Below, piece by piece: positions 29,763-36,877 of a DNA stretch of 36,877 bases. Made by a program: the position numbers and the translations under genes. The notes beneath the pieces were generated by a model. The model made no database searches. It was given only the letters and a program-made list of their open reading frames with translations, and was not told the origin of the DNA. Every line of letters begins with the position of its first letter. Position 1 is the first letter of the stretch. The stretch is from Parvularia atlantis (taxonomy: Eukaryota), in the NCBI GenBank assembly GCA_943704415.1, contig CALSCO010001536.1, positions 1-36,877 of the forward strand, written 5' to 3'.

Positions 29763-32236
29763 TCAAGCGCTCACTGTGCGCAGCGCGTCTACCGTCGCCA
29801 GCAGGTCGAGGCGGAAGCCGCGCGTGGCAAAGGCCGCGACGATCTCGCTGCCCTTGGCCGGCGTGCTCGCGATCGCCGTGAGCGACGTCTCGGGGTCGAA
29901 CACGCGCTGGACGTGCGTGCGCAGGACGCGGCGCAAGTCGTCCATCGTCACACCCTGCGAGCATTTTCGACGCGTTCAGTGCCCGTGTCCACGGGTCGGC
30001 CGCCCCTGAGGCGCCACCTGTACGCGCTCGAGCAGCCGCTTCGTGCCGTCCTTGGTCGTCTGTTTGAGCACTGCACCGCGCCCGGGTGAGCCGCCCGCGT
30101 CGGGCGCGTGCACCCCGACGCGCGCGCGCACCCTGGTTGACAAACGTCTGCAGCGACGCCGTCGACACCGTGTCCTCCTTTTCAATGATCGAGAACAGGA
30201 CGCCCGCCTTGGCCGCTAGGAAGTCGGCCTCCTCCAGCGGCACCTGAGACGCGCGCGGGAGCGGGCTGTGAGCACAAAGCGGTGCGACACTGTCCCGCGC
30301 ACCGCGCCCGTGGCCATCTCCTTCACAATGCCCTGCACCTGCGCGAACGCCTTGGAGCAGTCTGGCGAGCGGCGCACGACAAACTGCACGAGCGCTGCGC
30401 CGCCAGCACGTTAAAACAACGGCCATGCTGCGGCGCGTGCGCACCCTGATCGACCGCCGCGTGCAGATAGCAGCCGTAGGCGAGGCCCAGGCCGCGCACC
30501 TTCTTCCAGAACACGCCCTCCTTTGCGGCCCGCGCGTCACGCACGCACGCCGCGATGCAGCACCGGCGACGCACCATCATCGACAAGTACTCGCCCAGCA
30601 CCATCAGGGCCGGCAGGTCCGCGTCGAGGTAGCTACGCGGTCCGCTCGCGACGTGGTACGAGAACGACGACTCGATCGCCGACACGCTCACGACCACGCC
30701 CTGCGCAGCCGCGCGTGAGCCGTTTGCGCGAGCGAATAGCAAGCAAGACGCACAGCGTTGTGCGGGGTGCGGCCGCGCGCAGACAGCTGCTGGTGCGACA
30801 GACAAGTCTCTGGCGTGCGCGGCGTGCGCGGCTGTGGCTTGGCCGATGTGCCTGAGCGTGCGGCATATCAGGAGCACGAGCACACGGCCACGCGGGGCAC
30901 ACGGCACCAAAGTGCTCGTGCCACGGCTTGGCCGGCTCGGCCAGCTGCCTGGTGTTGCCGACAACCTGCTCGCGGCGGGCTCAGGGGGCCACCCGACAAA
31001 CGGCAGCACGCACCTGCACAGTGAAGCGCGCGGGATTGCACAGCGACTCTTGCAGCGACGCGAGGGCCGCGACGACCTCGGCGCACGCCGCGTCGTCCGC
31101 CACGAGTGCATCGTCCTCGTCGCCGTCTTCGTCGCCGTCCCCGTCCTCGCCCTCCTCCTCACTCTCTTCCTCGTCCTCGCTGTCGTCCTCGAGCACCTTG
31201 CCGCCGAGCCTGCCAGCGTGCTCAGACGGCGCAACGACAGCACGCGACGGTCGCACCGCTGCACCACCGACGCCAGGAACGGCTGCTGTGTCACCACCGA
31301 CAGCGCGACGTGGTTCGACGTGTCCTTGTCGAACGCGAGCACCTTGAGCGCCGTGCCGGCCACGCTCGCGCCCTCGCGCTTCTGCGAGGGGATGTCCTGC
31401 AGCAGCTTGCTGGCGACCGTGCGCACGCGCTCGGCCGTGAAGCGCGCCTGGTACAGCAGCTCGCGCATCCACCGCACGCCCACGGCGTACTTTGCGACCT
31501 TTTTTGCCGGCGAGGCGTGAGCGCACAAGCCCGCACATCCCGCACGTTGGCGCGCACGCACCTCCACTTTCAGGCTGATGTAGAGGAACTGCACAAAGCT
31601 GCCGTTGACGCCCGCGCCGACCGAGCGGTCGACCGTGTCGGTATCGAGCTGCCTGACGACCTCTTCGTACGGCACCACGACGCCGTCGCGCTCGATTGCC
31701 GTCTGCGCGCACGTGGTGCCGTCAGGGCCTTTGGCGGCACACCCCACGTGCCAGCGCCACCTCGAAGAAGCCGTCGACGTACAGGTTGAGCCACATGCGC
31801 TGCTCGGGCGTGACGTGCGACGTGTCGAGCAGCAGGCGCAGCTCGATGAAGCTGCTCGCGACGTCTGCGCGCAGTGTCAGCAGTGTCGCACCGCGGGTCG
31901 GACGCGACGCAACGGTCAAACTGGATCTCGAAGGGCACCGGGTGCGCCTGCAGCTCGCGCCGAACACGCTGCGCCAGCTCGCCCTCACCCTCGCGCGACG
32001 ACTCGACCGGCACAAGCGCGATCGTCTCGATCGACGGCACGCGGATCTTTTCTGGATGCGCGCGCCATCGACGTGAGACAGACCGCTGAGGCCACAGCCG
32101 GACGCGCGCACCGAGCACTGCCGTGGGCACGTCGACGCTGTTGGCCGTGTTGGCCGCGTCGAGTGCCGCCGCAAGCTGCTGCAGCTTGTCCGCGCCCAGG
32201 CGCTCGCACTGCGCGCGCGGGCGGCACTGAGCGGGC

Positions 32237-32301
<65 letters not shown>

Positions 32302-34498
32302 GTGTGTGTGTGTGTGTGCGCGCGCGCGCGCCAGACCTGCTGCCGGATGCGCTCCTTCTCGTTCTCGGCCAGCTCCTTCGCCAGGCGCGGCGAGGGCAGG
32401 CCGCGCACGCACACGTAGGGCGCGTCCAGCAAATACCTGCGGCGCGGGCCATCAGGACGGGTCGTGGCGACCGGCTGAAAGTGCACGCACTTGCGCAGCA
32501 CGGCCGTCCACTGCTCCGCCGAGTAGCGCTCAAACACGTCCAGGTGGGCCGACAGCGGCATGGCCTTCTCGAGCTGCGAGCCGTCGAGCGCGCCTGCACG
32601 CCAGCACGCCGCGCATCAGCATACCAGTGACCAGGGCAGCCGCGCGACCGCGACGCACCGTACACGTGGTCGGCCAGCACGGGCATCGCGTACGTGTAGT
32701 GCGGCGACGCCTCGACGTCGCTCGCGCGCTGCGTGTGCTTGCGCTGTCAGTGCGCAGGCGCCGTGCACGCGTCCGGGCGCGCCTTGAGCTTCTCTCGCTG
32801 GATGAGCAGGCGAATGCGGTCCATGTCGAGCGCGCCGGACGCGACGTGCTCGCGCAGCAGCTGCGGTGCCCGTGTCACGGGCACGGCGACGCTGCCGCAC
32901 GCGCGCAGCACCTTGTCAAACATCGGCTGGATCTGCTCGAGCTTGTCCGTGGGCACGTTGGAGAAGCAGATGTAGATGGCGCCCTCGAGGTTGTCGATTG
33001 TGTACATGCCGACGTCTGTGTCCGCGTCAGTTGTGCGCGCCCAGGGAGGCCCAGGGCAAACGTGCACCGCTGCACAACGGCTCGGCGATCTCGCAGAAGT
33101 TGCGCATCAGCAGCGACACGGCCGAGTCGGTCAGGTAGTCCGACAGGATGTCGACGGCGTCCTTCGCCTCAAAGTTCTGCGACGCAAAAAAAAAAAAAAG
33201 TGGGCCGCAGCGCAAGCAGGCGACCGCGCGCGCGCACACGCACATCGTATGCCGGCCCGCGCCACGCGATGTACACCTCGCCGACGGACGTGTCGTTCTC
33301 CTCCGGGAACTCGACCGTCTCAACGAGCGTCACGGCCAGCGGCGGGACCGGTGCGCTGTCAACCCAGGGGCTGCAACGACCAAGACATGAGCCGGTGCGC
33401 CGAGCCGCGCCAGCACCGCGCACCGCTTCATCGGTGGCAGCGCGCCCTTGGCGAGGATCTTGGCCTCGACGGGCTCGAGGGCCTGTGCGACGCGCGCGGC
33501 TCAGTTACGAGCGGGCGCAGGAGGTCTTCGCGCTGACCTGGATGACGGCGTCCACCGAGACGTTGCCCGTGATGATCACGCAGAGGTTGTCCGGGCGGTA
33601 GTAGTCGCGGTGGTACTGCCGGACTGGCAGTGCGCGGCGCGTGAGCTAACCGCGCGTCGCGCGGTGCGCCCGCACTGTTGTTGACGCTCAGGCTACGCAG
33701 ATTTGCCATGAGGCCGCCGGTCTCGCTGCGATAGCCGCAGCCCTCGGGGTACAGCAGCTGGAGCATGCTGCGTGCGGGCGGGCGTGAGAGGCCGCCGTAC
33801 CGGCAGACGACGGTCACCGCGGACGCACCGGCGGTGCAGGCGGTCCGACGACGAGTTCTCGCGGCCCTGCATCTCCGAGTAGACCACACCCGCGTCCTCG
33901 CCCTTGCCATTGATGTGGTGCACCTCGGTGTAGCAGCCCCTGCGCGGCCAATGAGCCTGTCCGCGAGTGCGAGTGATGACCGGCGCCGGGCGCACGTCTC
34001 GGTGAGGGTCGGGTAGAGCACGTGGTCGAGGTATATCGGCAGGACCTGCAGGAAGCCCTCGGAGCCGGCCGTGGTGATCGTGTAGACTGTGTTATCGGTG
34101 TCGGTCCTGGGAGGCCCGGGTGAGCGCGGTGAAGAGCGGGTGATGGGCGCGCATGCGCACCAGGCGTTGGTGCCCTGGGCGAGCGCGCGGTTCGCGACGC
34201 GGTCCAGCACGCCCTGAGCGCGCTGCGCCGTCAGCAGGCGGCCGATGGGCGCGCCGCACGTGCGCGCGCGCGCCTTGAACGGATAGTCCTCCGAGCCGAG
34301 GAAGACGAGATGCTCGAGCGTGTGCGGGCATCCATCGTCGTCGAGCGCCTCCGTGGCCAGGGCGAAGAAGCCGTTGACGAGCGGACCCGTGAGCTGCACG
34401 ACCGCGAACGAGAGGCCCGTGCGCGCCGAGCGGCGCTTGTCGACGGCGTGGCCGAAGGGCGTCGTGAAGCTGCTGACGCACGTCCACTCACTTGCCAT
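29763..34498 (-). CDS. M16 (inverzincin) zinc metallopeptidase, yeast YOL098C-like subgroup, multi-exon
   Basis: ATEALDDDGCPHTLEHLVFLGS..YPFKGVLD (HxxEH), GTNAWTDTD.TVYT, YLDHVLYPTL, TEVHHI.G.GEDAGVVYSEMQG, YRSETGG, YHRDYYRPDNL, W..VRGLGLAYG. Confidence 0.9.
32241..32318. repeat. (TG)n microsatellite inside an M16 peptidase intron
   Basis: Directly visible, with one interruption. Confidence 0.95.
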
Positions 34499-34523
34499 TC
34501 CACTGACATCTGACAGGACAGGC

Positions 34524-35537
34524 ATGCGCGAGCGGCTGCGCGTTGTTATCGTTCCCGGCAACGGCTGCCGCGACGTCAGCGACGGCCGTCTGTGGTGCGC
34601 ACGGCCGGTGGCGCGCGGCGGCGTGCGCGGCGGGCTGATGCGGGGCTGCGGGCGCGCCGGCAGGTACCAGTGGCTGAAGAACGAGCTCGAGAAGCGCAAC
34701 ATTCCGTGCGAGCTGCGCGTGCTGCCCGACCCGGACCGCGCGCACCGTGACGTGTGGCTGCCGTTCCTGCGCGACGAGCTGCGCTGCGACAGCAAGACCA
34801 TCGTCGTCGGGCACTCGACCGGTGCGCGGCGGGCACGTCAGCGGCACGCCGATGCTGACGCTGACGCGACCAACAGGCGCCGTCGCCGCACTGCGCCTGC
34901 TCCAGAGTGGCGTGCGGCTCGCCGCGGTCGTGCTCGTGTCGGTGTACCACACGCACCTGGACGACCCGGACGAGCGCGCGAGCGGGTACTTTGACGAGCC
35001 GTGGAACTGGGAGGAGATACGGCGCAACACGCACACGATCCTCCAGTTCCACAGCACCGACGACCCGGTCGTGCCGTTGGAGGAGGTGCGTGCGGTGCGA
35101 CGGCGCGCCGATGCGGCCAAAGCCGACGCCGCGCCTGGCGCAGGCGCGCGAGGTGCACCGCCTGCTGCACAGCTCGTACCACGAGTACCACGACGCCGGC
35201 CACTTTGTCATCCCGACCGTGCGCCGCGTGCTCTACCAGGTGCGCGCCTCTGCGGCGAGCGCGGCCGGCGCAGGCTGATGCCCGTGCGCGCATGCAGCTC
35301 GAGCTCGCGATGCAGTGCTTGACGGCGATCGAGCGCTCCGATGCGATGCTGCTCGTGGCCAACTCTGCCACGTGCCCGACGGCCTTCCGCGAGTCGCCCA
35401 TGGACCCGCGCCGCGCGTCCAACCCGACCGAGGGCCTGCTGCCGCCGGGCGACGCGGCCAAGCACACGGGCGAACCTTGCCCGGCGGCGCCGACAGCGTC
35501 CCTGGCGCACCGGCGCACGTCCGTGTGCCACCCGTGA
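34524..35537 (+). CDS. RBBP9: RBBP9/YdeN-like alpha/beta serine hydrolase, 5 exons
   Basis: VIVPGNG..WYQW, PDP..A...WLPFL, nucleophile GHSTG, DERASGYF..PW.WE.I, QFHSTDDP.VP and GHF give a Ser-Asp-His triad. Confidence 0.85.
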
Positions 35538-35835
35538 GCGTCATGTACTGCCCCGCTGTACGTTCATGTAATTTTACTGCATGCAACCCAACGGCTTGCC
35601 AGGAAACGCGCAGTTCGCAGACAGATCAGGGCATGCGCCGCAGCAGACACAGCCAGGCGGGCAGTTGGGGGACACGGAGGGGCCAATGTGGAAGCAGCCG
35701 CACGGGGCCGGATAAAAACGGACGGAGGGGGGTGAGACGAACGGGGGTTTGACTTGAGGGAGAAAGCGAGTGCCAGGGTCACATGAAGAAGAAAGACGAA
35801 CGGGCGCAGGTCGGAGAACGGCCCGGCGAAGGCCT

Positions 35836-36685
<850 letters not shown>

Positions 36686-36877
36686 TCTCCGGTGCTTGTC
36701 GTCGCTCGGCGCGCGCGCTCTCGGCTGGGTGTCGGGCTGACGGGCGGGCTGGGCGTGCGCAGACGAGGCACGGGAAATCAGCAACCAGCGGCACAGCGCG
36801 CGCTGGCGACGCCAGCGGGGCTTTTTCCGGGCTTGTGCACTCCCTACCCGCACGCACGCTCCCCCGCCTCTACCCCC

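Noticed and set aside
29743..29775. Cis-splicing fusion of M16 peptidase and EDRF1 through GTGAGC...GTCAG
   Set aside because: The intron would be only 27 nt, far below the local size range, and the join is out of frame with the EDRF1 ATG.

Overview
Very GC-rich, extremely compact eukaryotic nuclear DNA. It carries about 19 protein genes broken by many short spliceosomal introns (mostly about 45-80 nt; donor GTGCGY, branch CTGAC/CTCAC, acceptor YGCAG), so the six-frame ORF track is largely artefact. Genes I could reconstruct by hand: a partial ubiquitin-like-domain gene, a PH-RCC1-FYVE protein, dynactin p62, two tandem bacterial-PH-like paralogs, kinesin-14, a villin-headpiece protein, an Apd1/Aim32-type ferredoxin, a secreted S8 subtilase, BRK1, a Cbf1/USF-like bHLH, Raptor, a bacterial-type DUF1214-like protein, Got1, a CEP70-like protein, EDRF1, an M16 peptidase, an RBBP9-like hydrolase and Rho1. 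A fungal-like Rho1 together with BRK1, EDRF1 and CEP70 suggests a non-dikaryan opisthokont protist, possibly a nucleariid (inference only). The best finding is a tRNA-Val(UAC) gene at 23006-23119 with two introns. One is canonical (37/38). The other is a non-canonical 28-nt intron at 27/28 whose ends fall exactly on an archaeal-type bulge-helix-bulge-like motif. Also notable are genes spaced only 12-44 nt apart with acceptor-like sites before the ATG, near-touching or overlapping divergent start codons, several GC-AG introns, an 11-nt micro-exon, a candidate intron slide and HGT candidates. All gene boundaries are manual, and family calls come from remembered motifs, not database searches.
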